From Flavipsychrobacter sp. (GTDB lineage Bacteria > Bacteroidota > Bacteroidia > Chitinophagales > Chitinophagaceae), in contig CBDIBP010000043.1 in assembly GCA_965276955.1 (NCBI GenBank), positions 60,646-124,645 of the forward strand: a stretch of 64,000 nt of DNA, read 5' to 3'. Positions 47,074 through 57,411 of this stretch are shown here, in pieces. The position numbers and the translations under genes are program-made. The stretch's first letter is position 1. Each line of letters starts with the position of its first letter. The notes beneath the pieces are model-generated. The model was not told where the DNA came from. It worked only from the letters and a program-made list of their open reading frames with translations, and made no database searches.

Positions 47074-47101
47074 CAGCGCAGTATAAATAATAGAACAGCG
47101 C

Positions 47102-50100
47102 ATGTATTCTCCCCAAAATAAAGTACGTATTGTAACAGCGGCCTCCTTGTTCGATGGCCACGATGCCTCTATCAACATCATGCGCCGCGTCATGCAGAGC
47201 AGCGGTGTAGAGGTCATTCACCTGGGCCATGATCGCAGTGTGCAGGAAGTGGTAGATTGTGCCATTCAGGAAGATGCCAACGCCATAGCCATCACCAGCT
47301 ACCAGGGCGGCCATGTAGAGTACTTCAAGTACATGCACGACCTGCTGAAGGAGAACGGTTGCGGACATATAAAGATATTTGGCGGCGGCGGCGGTGTGAT
47401 ATTGCCTACCGAGATAGCCGAGCTGCACGAGTACGGCATCACCCGTATATATAGTCCCGATGATGGCCGCAGCATGGGTCTGCAGGGCATGATAGACGAC
47501 CTGATAGAAAAGAGCGACTACCCCACAGGCAACCGCCTGAATGGTGAGCCCGGCCACCTCGCAGAGCGCGATGCCAAGAGTATAGCCCGCCTCATAAGCG
47601 CGGCAGAGAACTACCATGATCTGCCAGAGACCCTGGCCGCCCTCAGCAAGGTAGCCGCACAGGCAAAGGAAAGCCACACCCCTGTACTGGGTATAACCGG
47701 CACGGGTGGTGCAGGTAAGAGCAGCCTGGTAGATGAGCTGGTGCGCCGCTTCCTGGTCGACTTTAAAGACAAGCATATAGGCATCATAAGTGTAGACCCC
47801 ACTAAGAAAAAAACTGGTGGCGCCCTACTGGGCGATCGTATCCGCATGAATGCCATACGCAATCCGCGGGTATACATGCGCAGCATGGCCACCCGCCAGA
47901 GCAACCTGGCAGTGAGCAAGTTCATACACGATGCAGTGAATATTTTAATGGCTGCCAAGTACGATCTCATCATCCTCGAAACATCGGGCATAGGGCAGAG
48001 CGATACGCAGATAACCGACTACTGCGACATGAGCATGTATGTGATGACGCCCGAATATGGCGCCGCCACACAGCTGGAGAAGATCGATATGCTGGACTTT
48101 GCAGATATTGTGGTCATCAATAAGTTCGATAAGCGCGGTGCCCTCGATGCCCTGCGCGATGTGAAGAAACAATACCAGCGCAACCACAAGCTCTTTGATA
48201 AAGACCCGGATACCATGCCGGTATATGGCAGTATAGCCAGCCAGTTCAACGATCCCGGTACCAACAACCTGTACAAGAGTATGATGGATATACTGGAAAA
48301 GAAGACCCATGCCGGACTGGGATCGCACTTCGTTATCAGTAACGAGATGAGCGAGAAGGTGTACATCATACCGCCTGCCCGCGTCCGCTACCTCAGCGAG
48401 ATAACCGAGAACAACCGCAAGTATGACAAGTGGGCTGTAGACCAGGCCAAGGTAGCCCAAAGGTTGTTTGGCATACAAAGCACTATAGAGACATTGCAGA
48501 AAAGCGATGTAGAAGATAAAGACCGTTTGATAAAGACCCTTACCGAAGTATACGCCAAACACGAGCTGGACCTTGACCCCAAGAACAACCATCTCTTAAA
48601 GAACTGGGAAGCCAAGAAAGCTCAGTACACCGGCGAATACTACACCTACAAGGTGCGCGATAAGGAGATAAAGATAAAGACACACACCGAGAGCCTGAGC
48701 CACCTGCAAATAAGCAAGGTATCTGTACCGCGTTTTGAAGCATGGGGCGAGATATTGAAGTGGGCGCTCACAGAGAATTTCCCCGGTGAGTTCCCGTATG
48801 CCGCGGGTATATACCCGTTCAAGCGTGAGGGGGAGGATCCTGCACGTATGTTCGCGGGAGAGGGTGGTCCTGAGCGTACCAACAAACGTTTCCACTACGT
48901 GAGTATGGGGTTACCCGCTAAGCGGCTGAGCACAGCATTCGACAGTGTGACCCTCTACGGACAAGACCCTGAACACCGCCCGGATATTTATGGTAAAATA
49001 GGTAACTCAGGCGTAAGCGTTTGCTGCCTCGATGATGCGAAAAAACTATACAGCGGCTTCAACCTCGCCGACCCAAAGACATCGGTATCTATGACCATCA
49101 ATGGCCCCGCGCCTACTATTACCGCCTTCTTCATGAATGCGGCCATAGACCAGCAGTGCGAGCTTTATATAAAGCACATGGGCTGGAAGAAGAAACAAAC
49201 AAAAAGATAGACGCTATATACAAGGACAAAGGCATAGCTCGCCCCACTTACGATCCATCTGTATTTGGTGGTGGCAAGGTAGGCGAGTTGCCAGAGACCA
49301 ACGATGGGCTTGGCCTCATGCTCCTCGGCGTCACCGGCGACCAGGTATTACCCGCCGATGTGTATGCCAAAATAAAAGCAGACACGTTAAAGGCCGTGCG
49401 CGGAACCGTACAGGCTGATATACTGAAGGAAGACCAGGCACAGAATACCTGCATTTTCAGCACAGAATTTTCGCTGCGGGTAATGGGCGATGTGCAGCAA
49501 TATTTTATTAATGAAGGGGTACGTAATTTCTACTCTGTATCTATCAGTGGGTACCACATAGCAGAAGCCGGTGCTAACCCTATCAGCCAGTTGGCATTTA
49601 CATTGTCTAATGGGTTTACGTTTGTAGAGTATTATCTCAGCCGGGGTATGCATATAGATGACTTTGCACCCAACCTGTCATTCTTTTTCAGCAATGGTGT
49701 AGATCCTGAGTACAGCGTGATAGGCCGCGTGGCCCGCCGCATATGGTCCAAGGCCATGAAGTTCATAAGTATGGTGGTAACGAACGCTCGCAGATGCTGA
49801 AGTACCACATACAGACATCAGGCCGCAGTCTGCATGCGCAGGAGATAGACTTTAACGATATCCGCACTACCCTGCAGGCGCTCTACGCCATATACGACAA
49901 CTGCAACAGCCTGCATACCAACGCCTACGATGAGGCCATAACCACACCTACCGAAGAAAGTGTGCGCCGGGCCATGGCCATACAGCTCATCATCAATAAA
50001 GAACTGGGGCTTGCTAAGAATGAGAACCCTATACAGGGCGCATTCATTATAGAAGAGCTGACCGACCTGGTAGAAGCGGCCATCATGGCCGAGTTTGACC

Positions 50101-50501
50101 GGATAACAGAGCGCGGCGGCGTACTGGGCGCTATGGAAACCATGTACCAGCGCGGCAAGATACAGGAAGAAAGCCTGTACTACGAGACCTTGAAACACAC
50201 CGGAGAGTTCCCTATAATAGGGGTGAACACATTCTTAAGTGCCAAAGGCTCACCAACTGTGATACCGCAAGAGGTGATACGCTCCACAACAGAAGAAAAA
50301 GAATTCCAGATAGCCACCGTACAAAACCTTTGGAAGCGCAGCGAAGGCAAAGGCCAGGAAATGCTGCACCAGCTGCAGCAAAAAGCCATCCACAATAGCA
50401 ACGTTTTTGAAGAGCTGATGGAAACAGTAAAATACTGCTCCTTGGGCCAGATCACCAAAGCGCTCTTTGAAGTAGGTGGCCAGTACAGAAGGAATATGTA
50501 A
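47102..50501 (+). pseudogene. icmF: Fused isobutyryl-CoA mutase (B12-binding domain + MeaB-like GTPase + mutase barrel), interrupted by two -1 frame shifts as sequenced
   Basis: N-terminal B12 domain ([13 protein letters not shown]), G-domain P-loop [12 protein letters not shown], and mutase domain (AGIYPFKR...[55 protein letters not shown]). The sequence continues across ORFs 47102-49210, 49156-49800 and 49743-50501. Confidence 0.85.
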
Positions 50502-50568
50502 AAACAAACAACCCCTATGTGTCACATGGCTCACAGGGGTTAACTATAGTAAGAGGGTCTTTTGAATT

Positions 50569-51213
50569 TTAGTCACACAATACATGCCTGAAAATATCTT
50601 TCAGGTAGTTGGTCACATGGGCGGTGATGTGTTTTTGGAACTGTTGAGGGGTAGCGTTCTGCATATCGTGCTTGCTGCGGTAGTATTGCTCTGCTGCCAT
50701 CAGGTGGTTGGTGGTGCCTACAAGGGTCATCATCAGCAATACTATATCTACATCCTTTTTAAATTCGCCCTTGTTCTGGCCTTGGTTCACCAGTGCTTCC
50801 ATCAGTTCTGCTATCACTTCCCTGTTGTCCTCTATAAGGCGGCCGGTCACAGTGCCTGCCTTACCGCATTGTTCCCTTATCAGTATCTGCTGAAAGTATT
50901 GGCGTTCGGTCATGTCAGACACTGTAGTTTCTACAACAGTGTACATCTTATCCAGCGACGAAAGCGAGTAATCATCCAGCAGTTTTTCCAATCTCAGCTT
51001 CATAAGGCCCAACCTTTTCAATATAATGGCTTCCATCAATTTTTCCTTCGATCCGAAGTAGTATGATATCATGGATACACTCATACCTACCTCGCGGGCT
51101 ATATCTCTTACAGATGTACTGTCAAAACCCTTGGTAGCAAAAAAGCGCTCGGCTACGTTAAGTATAAGCGTTTCTTTCCTGGTGATCACCTGCATTTCTT
51201 CTATAGCCGTCAT
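50569..51213 (-). CDS. TetR/AcrR family transcriptional regulator
   Basis: From the Met at 51213, the N-terminal HTH reads ILNVAERFFATKGFDSTSVRDIAREVGMSVSMISYYFGSKEKL. Confidence 0.85.
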   Translation of the reverse strand: MTAIEEMQVITRKETLILNVAERFFATKGFDSTSVRDIAREVGMSVSMISYYFGSKEKLMEAIILKRLGLMKLRLEKLLDDYSLSSLDKMYTVVETTVSDMTERQYFQQILIREQCGKAGTVTGRLIEDNREVIAELMEALVNQGQNKGEFKKDVDIVLLMMTLVGTTNHLMAAEQYYRSKHDMQNATPQQFQKHITAHVTNYLKDIFRHVLCD

Positions 51214-51358
51214 ATGCAATTTATTTAAAGGTCGAAAGTAGAACAAACGTTCGATTTGAACAAACGTTTAATTAAATAACGTGATCGACAAATTTTATAT
51301 TGCATTGCAGCAATGATAAAAAGTTAAGATCAGTAGAGCGTAAATGTGAGTAATAGTA

Positions 51359-53272
51359 CTAATCTGTTATTGCATTCTCGTAAAACGAGTTGTTACTTTT
51401 AAATTCCGGTACCAGTTCCTTCATCTGGGCTACGGTTTCCAGTGTGTAGTGCTTTTTGGCGCTTATGAGCAACTTGGTTATCTTATCGTTTATAGCCATA
51501 AAGTCGTATTCACGCACCTTGGCTATCATTATCTTATCGTGGTAGGTAGGCAATACATTCTCAGAATCGTTCAGCAATTCTTCATAAAGTTTTTCGCCTG
51601 GTCTCAGTCCTGTGAACACTATTTCTATATCTACATCAGGTTCTTTGCCGGCCAGTTTTATCATTTTGCGGGCTAGGTCCACAATTTTCACCGGCTGCCC
51701 CATGTCAAACACAAATATTTCGCCGCCATTGCCCATTACTCCGGCTTCTATCACCAGCTGGCAGGCCTCTGGTATGGTCATAAAGTAGCGGGTTATATCA
51801 GGGTGCGTTACCGTTATAGGGCCGCCATTTTCCAGTTGCTCTTTAAAGCGTGGTATCACCGATCCGTTAGAGCCAAGTACATTACCGAAACGTGTGGTTA
51901 CAAAACGGGTTGGGAACGTCGCATTCTTGTTCAGACTGCTTTCGGCATTTTTATACAAGTGTTTGTAGTAGCTCTGGGTAAATATCTCAGCTATCCTTTT
52001 AGAGGTACCCATTATATTGGTAGGGTTCACCGCTTTATCGGTCGATACCATTACAAACTTTTCTGCACCATTGGCAACAGCAAGTTCTGCCAGTATTTTA
52101 GTGCCTTGCACATTGTTCAGGATAGCTACAGAAGGGTTGTCTTCCATTAGCGGCACGTGCTTGTAGGCAGCAGCATGGTACACTATCTCAGGATTGTATA
52201 TCTCAAATAAGTGCTCCATACGCACCACATCGCATATGTCGCCTATGTAGGCCTTTATATTAGCATGCGGAAATTTTTCTGCCAGCTCCAGTTGCAGGTT
52301 GTGCATGGGGGTCTCGGCCTTATCGCATAGTATCAATAGTGATGGGCGGTAGGTAGCCAGTTGCCGCACCATTTCACTGCCTATAGAGCCGGCTGCCCCT
52401 GTTACAAGTATCTTTTTGCCACGCAGTTCAGAGTGCAGCTTTTCGTTGTTTATTTTTATCACTTCCCGCTCCAGCAGGTCCTCAATATTTATATTTTTCA
52501 GTTGTTCTGTATCCAGCTTGCCATCCAGCCACTGTTGTATAGGCGGCACCTGCTGCACGCGTATACCGTAGTTAAGGCAGGTATCTACCAGGTAATTGAG
52601 CTTTTCTTTGGGTATAGTACGATTAGCTATTATCAGCAACTCTATGCCTTCATTCCGCAGCTTGTTCAGGCTCGATTCGTCAGTGTTGTATATCGGTATG
52701 CCTTCCATCAGCTTACCGCTCTTGCTCAGCATATCATCCAGAAAAGCTACTACCTGCACCTCACCATTGGGCATTTCGTTCATCACCTTCTTGGTCAGCA
52801 GGCCATGTTCGCTGGTGTTGTATACAGCAGCTTTTATCTTGGTACGGTCATCTTCGCGCTGCAGCTTGTAGAAATTAAAGCTGTACCGCACGAACAGGCG
52901 GTAAGATATGATAGCAAAGTTGACAATAAAGAAGTTAATGGCCACTACCGATATAGGGAATAGCAGTGCCTGGTTGGTCAGCAGGTCTATAGTAAAATAA
53001 AGCACTGCTGCTATGGAATTCACTATCAGTAGCCGGAAAGTATCTTCGATATTTGTGTACCTAATGATACCGGCATAGCTCTTTAACGTATAGAACAAAA
53101 CCGTATTAAGCGCAAGGGTGATGCCCAATACCAGTTTTACATTGTAGTGCGATACTTCCTGAAGGTCGAAATTGAAACGCAGCAAAAAAGAAAAGAAGAT
53201 ACAAGACTGCACGCAGACAATGTCTAACAAAAATATTATCCAGCGGGGGAGTATCTTGATCTTGTACGCCAT
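51359..53272 (-). CDS. Membrane-anchored polysaccharide biosynthesis protein, CapD/WbpM/PglF-like NDP-sugar 4,6-dehydratase
   Basis: Four to five N-terminal TM helices, then Rossmann motif ILVTGAAGSIGSEMVRQL and the catalytic region YHAAAYKHVPLME, typical of CapD-like enzymes. Confidence 0.8.
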   Translation of the reverse strand: MAYKIKILPRWIIFLLDIVCVQSCIFFSFLLRFNFDLQEVSHYNVKLVLGITLALNTVLFYTLKSYAGIIRYTNIEDTFRLLIVNSIAAVLYFTIDLLTNQALLFPISVVAINFFIVNFAIISYRLFVRYSFNFYKLQREDDRTKIKAAVYNTSEHGLLTKKVMNEMPNGEVQVVAFLDDMLSKSGKLMEGIPIYNTDESSLNKLRNEGIELLIIANRTIPKEKLNYLVDTCLNYGIRVQQVPPIQQWLDGKLDTEQLKNINIEDLLEREVIKINNEKLHSELRGKKILVTGAAGSIGSEMVRQLATYRPSLLILCDKAETPMHNLQLELAEKFPHANIKAYIGDICDVVRMEHLFEIYNPEIVYHAAAYKHVPLMEDNPSVAILNNVQGTKILAELAVANGAEKFVMVSTDKAVNPTNIMGTSKRIAEIFTQSYYKHLYKNAESSLNKNATFPTRFVTTRFGNVLGSNGSVIPRFKEQLENGGPITVTHPDITRYFMTIPEACQLVIEAGVMGNGGEIFVFDMGQPVKIVDLARKMIKLAGKEPDVDIEIVFTGLRPGEKLYEELLNDSENVLPTYHDKIMIAKVREYDFMAINDKITKLLISAKKHYTLETVAQMKELVPEFKSNNSFYENAITD

Positions 53273-53554
53273 GGTCTAATGCTCAAAAGTTATATGCAAA
53301 TAATAAGCCAGATTTTTAATGATGGCTTATTATAATACAACTACTTCAAATCCAACCACTAAGATAAAAGTTATAGCTTAAATGCAAGTATATGTAATAA
53401 GCTAATGTTGTTATTAATAAGTTAAACGCAAATATATGATACTTCTACGTGTCCATCTATATTAAATTAACAATACTTTTGTTAGCTGTAATTTGACTAA
53501 TTTTTTTTACCGTGTTCTTATTTTAGTTACACGAAGTTATTTGATATATTATTA

Positions 53555-56500
53555 GTGAATAAAAAAACCAACATCTCTTCTAAAAAACCTTTCACTTCGG
53601 TTGGCGACCAATTGAAGCGATCCTTTGTTACTATTAACGTAGCAATATTAATATTTTTTATAATATACCTGCTGCAGGCATATTTTCTCTATAAAAAATC
53701 GCGGGTATCAGAGCAGGATGTGATACAAGTTACCGACCTGGTAGGCAAAATAAGAGCTACAGACGTAGATAATAGCAAGTTTGACGTAGCGCTTACCCGT
53801 TGCCTGCAGCATCATGATACTGCAATGGTGAACAGGGTGAAGTACTATAACCAGAAAATAAAGAAAGATATAACAGACCTTACGTACTACGGCATAAAAA
53901 AGGATATAAACCTGGATAGCCTGAATAATTTTGCGAAGCTGTATGATAAAAAGGCGGCACTTGCAGCATCTATCATGGGCCAGCAGGATGCCAGCGGTAA
54001 CTATGCTACCTATGTATCTGCCGAACTGGTCTCTCTTAATGCCGCTATAGAGAACTATATCAATGTAACCGAAAACGTAGGCAATGAACTGTCTAACACC
54101 CGCAACGACCTTAATCTGCATTATAGCCGGTCTCGTGTTGTGTTTTCGGTCATCAGTTATGTGCTCATCAGTATATTCTTGTTGCTTACGCTATATAAGA
54201 TAAACCAGAACATAAAGCGCAGGACCATAGCCGAAGAGCGGGCACATATAAACGAGGCCAAGTATAAAAGCCTGGTTGAGGACTCTGGCCTTACAATGCT
54301 TGTAGTAAACAAAAAAGGGGTAATATACTTTGCCAGTAAGAACATTGAAGAACTGGCCGGATATAAACCCGCACGCCTTATAGGCATGAGGGTGATGAAG
54401 TGTATACCCCGCCATTTTAGGGCACAGCTCCGCGATGTGACAGATGCAATAAACAGGAAAGGTGTATATAACAACACTATAGAACTGCAGATATTCACCA
54501 GTAAAGGGGTGAACAAGTGGGTGTCGTGCCGCATCTTCCCCGTGAACCAGGAGCGGGGCGAAATGCAGGAATGGCAGATTGTGATATGGGATATAGATGA
54601 TGAGAAGACCATGAAGCTGGAGCTGGAAGAGATGGAGGCCGAACGCCGCACCCAGCAAAAGCTGATACAGGACATCATTGACAACATACCATCTGTTATA
54701 TATCTTAAAGACCTCAACAAACGCTACATCGTCATTAATAAAAAGATGGAAGAGATAATGGGCGTAGATGCACAGCGCATCATAGGCCTGTCTGACCTGG
54801 ATATACTTGGCGACAATACAGAAGCGATAGAGAGTGACCTGGCCGATGAAAAAGTGATAATAGAAAAGAAGATTACGACTGTTGAAATAGTGAAAATGGT
54901 AGGTGATAAGCAGCATTACTTCTGGGTCACTAAATTCCCGCTGCTGGATGAGAATGGCAATGTAAAAAGTATTTGCGGCCTTGTAACAGATATTAGTGAG
55001 CGTAAAGAAGTAGAAATAAGACTGCTGGCCGCCAAGCGTGAAGCTGAAAAAGCAAAAGCAGCACAAGAATCCTTCCTGGCCAACATGAGCCATGAGATAA
55101 GGACGCCTATGAACGGGATAGTAGGTATGAGCAACCTGCTGATGGGTACCCAAATGACCAATGAACAAAAAGAATACACAGAGAACATACAAGATTCGGC
55201 ACGAAACCTGCTGGCTATTATAAATGACATTCTTGACTTTTCAAAGATCAGGTCTGGTAAGTTCCTCCTTGAGCGCTCTTCTTTTAAGGTGAAGTCGGTC
55301 ATCCGCAAATCAGTTTATCCCCTGCAGCTTAAAGCTGAGGAGAAAATGGTAAAGATGAATGTCACCTTCGAGCAAGGCATACCAGAGTTCTTAATGGGCG
55401 ATCCTTTGCGCTTGCAGCAGATAATAATAAACCTTGTAGGCAATGCTATCAAGTTCACATCCACTGGTAGTGTAGATGTGCGGATATCCTGCACTGATAA
55501 AAAAATGAATAAGGTGCACCTGAAGCTGGATGTATCTGATACCGGTATAGGTATAGCAAAAAATAAGCTCGATTATATATTTGAAAGTTTCACCCAGAAC
55601 AACGAAAATAAATCGCGGAGGTATGGCGGTACTGGCCTTGGGCTTGCTATTGTGAAGCAATTAGTAGAGCTGCAGCATGGTCATGTATCTGTTATCAGCG
55701 AACTTGGGAAGGGTTCTACATTCTCCTTCGAGATACCGTATGATGTGAGCGAAGAAGTGGCTACTGATGCAGTGGTGATACGCTCTGAAAAACAAAAGAA
55801 TTTACTGAATGGAATAACTATATTGGTAGCCGAAGACAATATAATAAACCAGAAAGTAGTAAAGAACACACTCCAGAAACAAGGCGCTAAGATCACAATT
55901 GCCAACAATGGTAAAGAGGCAATAGATGCAATGAAGGAACAGTCTTTTGATGTGGTGCTTATGGACCTGCAGATGCCGGAAGTAGATGGTTACAAAGCCA
56001 CTCGGTATATAAGGCAGGTAATGAAGAATGATACACCCATAGTAGCTATGACTGCCGATGCGCTAAAGGGGGAAGCTGAAAAATGTTATGAAGCAGGGAT
56101 GACCGGATTTATCTCAAAACCGTTCGAACCCTACGACTTGTATCAGCAGATAATAAAAATGACAGAAGGGAAGGAGAAAAACATTTTTTCAAACAACAAA
56201 ATTGAAGTAGCAGACATGAAAGCATTAGTGGATCTCAGCTTTTTGTATGATATATCTGACGACGATTCATCATATATATATGACGTTATAGAAATATTCT
56301 TGACAACAATGCCTGATGGACTGGAGAAGCTGGCCAGCCTTATAAATGATACCGATGACTACGATGCAATATCTCGCCAGGCACACTTCTTGAAGTCGAG
56401 CGTAAGTGTGATAAAGGTGCGCGACATGTACGATGACCTGGCAAAGATAGAGCACCTGGCAAAGGATATGGAAGCAAAAGAGGAAATAAAAAGGCTGCTT

Positions 56501-56581
56501 GCAGCACTACAGTCAATATATAAAGAAGCACACCCAATAATAATAGCGGAGAGGGAGAAACATAAACCTGCACAAATATAA
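53555..56581 (+). CDS. Hybrid sensor histidine kinase / response regulator with PAS domains and C-terminal HPt domain
   Basis: TM-flanked N-terminal sensor region and two PAS segments. H-box SHEIRTPMNGI, N/G boxes (LVGNAIKFT, DTGIGI, GGTGLGLAI), receiver (ILVAEDN...VLMDLQMPEVDG...ISKP), and HPt (QAHFLKSS). The listed start is GTG. Confidence 0.85.
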   Translation: MNKKTNISSKKPFTSVGDQLKRSFVTINVAILIFFIIYLLQAYFLYKKSRVSEQDVIQVTDLVGKIRATDVDNSKFDVALTRCLQHHDTAMVNRVKYYNQKIKKDITDLTYYGIKKDINLDSLNNFAKLYDKKAALAASIMGQQDASGNYATYVSAELVSLNAAIENYINVTENVGNELSNTRNDLNLHYSRSRVVFSVISYVLISIFLLLTLYKINQNIKRRTIAEERAHINEAKYKSLVEDSGLTMLVVNKKGVIYFASKNIEELAGYKPARLIGMRVMKCIPRHFRAQLRDVTDAINRKGVYNNTIELQIFTSKGVNKWVSCRIFPVNQERGEMQEWQIVIWDIDDEKTMKLELEEMEAERRTQQKLIQDIIDNIPSVIYLKDLNKRYIVINKKMEEIMGVDAQRIIGLSDLDILGDNTEAIESDLADEKVIIEKKITTVEIVKMVGDKQHYFWVTKFPLLDENGNVKSICGLVTDISERKEVEIRLLAAKREAEKAKAAQESFLANMSHEIRTPMNGIVGMSNLLMGTQMTNEQKEYTENIQDSARNLLAIINDILDFSKIRSGKFLLERSSFKVKSVIRKSVYPLQLKAEEKMVKMNVTFEQGIPEFLMGDPLRLQQIIINLVGNAIKFTSTGSVDVRISCTDKKMNKVHLKLDVSDTGIGIAKNKLDYIFESFTQNNENKSRRYGGTGLGLAIVKQLVELQHGHVSVISELGKGSTFSFEIPYDVSEEVATDAVVIRSEKQKNLLNGITILVAEDNIINQKVVKNTLQKQGAKITIANNGKEAIDAMKEQSFDVVLMDLQMPEVDGYKATRYIRQVMKNDTPIVAMTADALKGEAEKCYEAGMTGFISKPFEPYDLYQQIIKMTEGKEKNIFSNNKIEVADMKALVDLSFLYDISDDDSSYIYDVIEIFLTTMPDGLEKLASLINDTDDYDAISRQAHFLKSSVSVIKVRDMYDDLAKIEHLAKDMEAKEEIKRLLAALQSIYKEAHPIIIAEREKHKPAQI

Positions 56582-56598
56582 ACTTAGCATTCAGGTAC

Positions 56599-56907
56599 AT
56601 GTATCACCAGGTTATAGATCTGCTGCAAAAGCACATGTTTCAATGCCCGTCAAGGGCATTGTTGCATTTTGATTGTCCCGGTTGTGGCCTGCAAAGATCT
56701 TTAATTGCATTGTTACGCGGCAATATTGGTGAAAGCTGGCACCTTTACCCGCCTGGTACTTTTATTGTGTCTATGTTCCTCTTTTTAAGTTTGCATTTAT
56801 GCTTCAACTTTAAGAATGGAGCGGTCATTCTAAAATATTTCTACCTATGTACTACCATTATTGTTGTGATCAACTACATTTATAAAATAGTAACACACCA
56901 TCTTTGA
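56599..56907 (+). CDS. DUF2752 domain membrane protein
   Basis: CPSRALLHFDCPGCGLQRS N-terminal Cys motif plus TM helices. Confidence 0.65.
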   Translation: MYHQVIDLLQKHMFQCPSRALLHFDCPGCGLQRSLIALLRGNIGESWHLYPPGTFIVSMFLFLSLHLCFNFKNGAVILKYFYLCTTIIVVINYIYKIVTHHL

Positions 56908-57269
56908 TGCAACAGGGAAACGAGTATAGTCAAACAAATTTCAACCGTCCGGTGCAGAACCTGCCCAACGCCACTTTAGTGCTGGTGCTGGGTATAATAT
57001 CAATTATTAGCTGTTGCGTTTACGGTGTGCCATCTCTTATATTGGGTGTCTTAGCCTTGGTGCTTGCCAACAAAGACACCAGGTTGTATATGCAAGATCC
57101 AAGCGCATATACTGTCGCTTCTTATAAGAACCTGAAAGCCGGTAAAACATGTGCAATGATCGGCTTGGTCATGTTTGTCCTTTTTGTGGTAGCGATCGTC
57201 GTGATATTTATGACGGTTGGCATAGAGGCGCTTTCTCATCCTGAAATGCTCAGGAACTACGCGCCTTAG
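56904..57269 (+). CDS. Small membrane protein (CCC-motif / DUF4190-like)
   Basis: LVLGIISIISCCVYGVPSLILGVLALVLANK. Its start overlaps the upstream stop (ATGA at 56904-56907). Confidence 0.55.
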   Translation: MMQQGNEYSQTNFNRPVQNLPNATLVLVLGIISIISCCVYGVPSLILGVLALVLANKDTRLYMQDPSAYTVASYKNLKAGKTCAMIGLVMFVLFVVAIVVIFMTVGIEALSHPEMLRNYAP

Positions 57270-57373
57270 TATCTTGGTTGCTATGGTGTATCTCTCACCC
57301 ACAATACCCTTATGGATCATGCCCCGAGTTTTAAACAATAGGGTAGGTAGTAAGAACTGCTGCTATTATAGTG

Positions 57374-57381
57374 TACCTTTG
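57374..57381 (+). promoter_or_regulatory. Bacteroidota -7 promoter box (TAnnTTTG)
   Basis: tacctttg lies 31 nt upstream of the ATG at 57412. Confidence 0.45.
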
Positions 57382-57411
57382 ATGCACATTTTTTTTGAGT
57401 AAATAATAAGC

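Noticed and set aside
46631-47101. Cobalamin riboswitch upstream of the B12-dependent icmF.
   Set aside because: I could not find a B12-box-like core (such as the gccactg context), and B12 riboswitches normally control B12 supply or B12-independent isozymes. An Infernal scan would still be needed to exclude it or any other Rfam family.
47054-47776. 240-aa minus-strand ORF overlapping the icmF 5' region, plus several other antisense ORFs within 47257-50534.
   Set aside because: They lie opposite a conserved B12-domain/GTPase coding sequence. Their Ala/Gly/Val/Leu-rich composition is typical of antisense frames, and there is no independent evidence for them.
37592-50501. Programmed ribosomal frameshifting as the explanation for the clpX and icmF frame changes.
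   Set aside because: Seven shifts in one gene, at sites without slippery heptamers or stimulatory structures, is not compatible with programmed recoding. Indels, whether real or artefactual, are the parsimonious explanation.
54191-55192. 333-aa minus-strand ORF inside the hybrid histidine kinase gene.
   Set aside because: It is antisense to a gene with unambiguous PAS, HisKA and HATPase motifs. Its Phe/Tyr/Leu-rich composition reflects the reverse complement of an AT-rich coding region.
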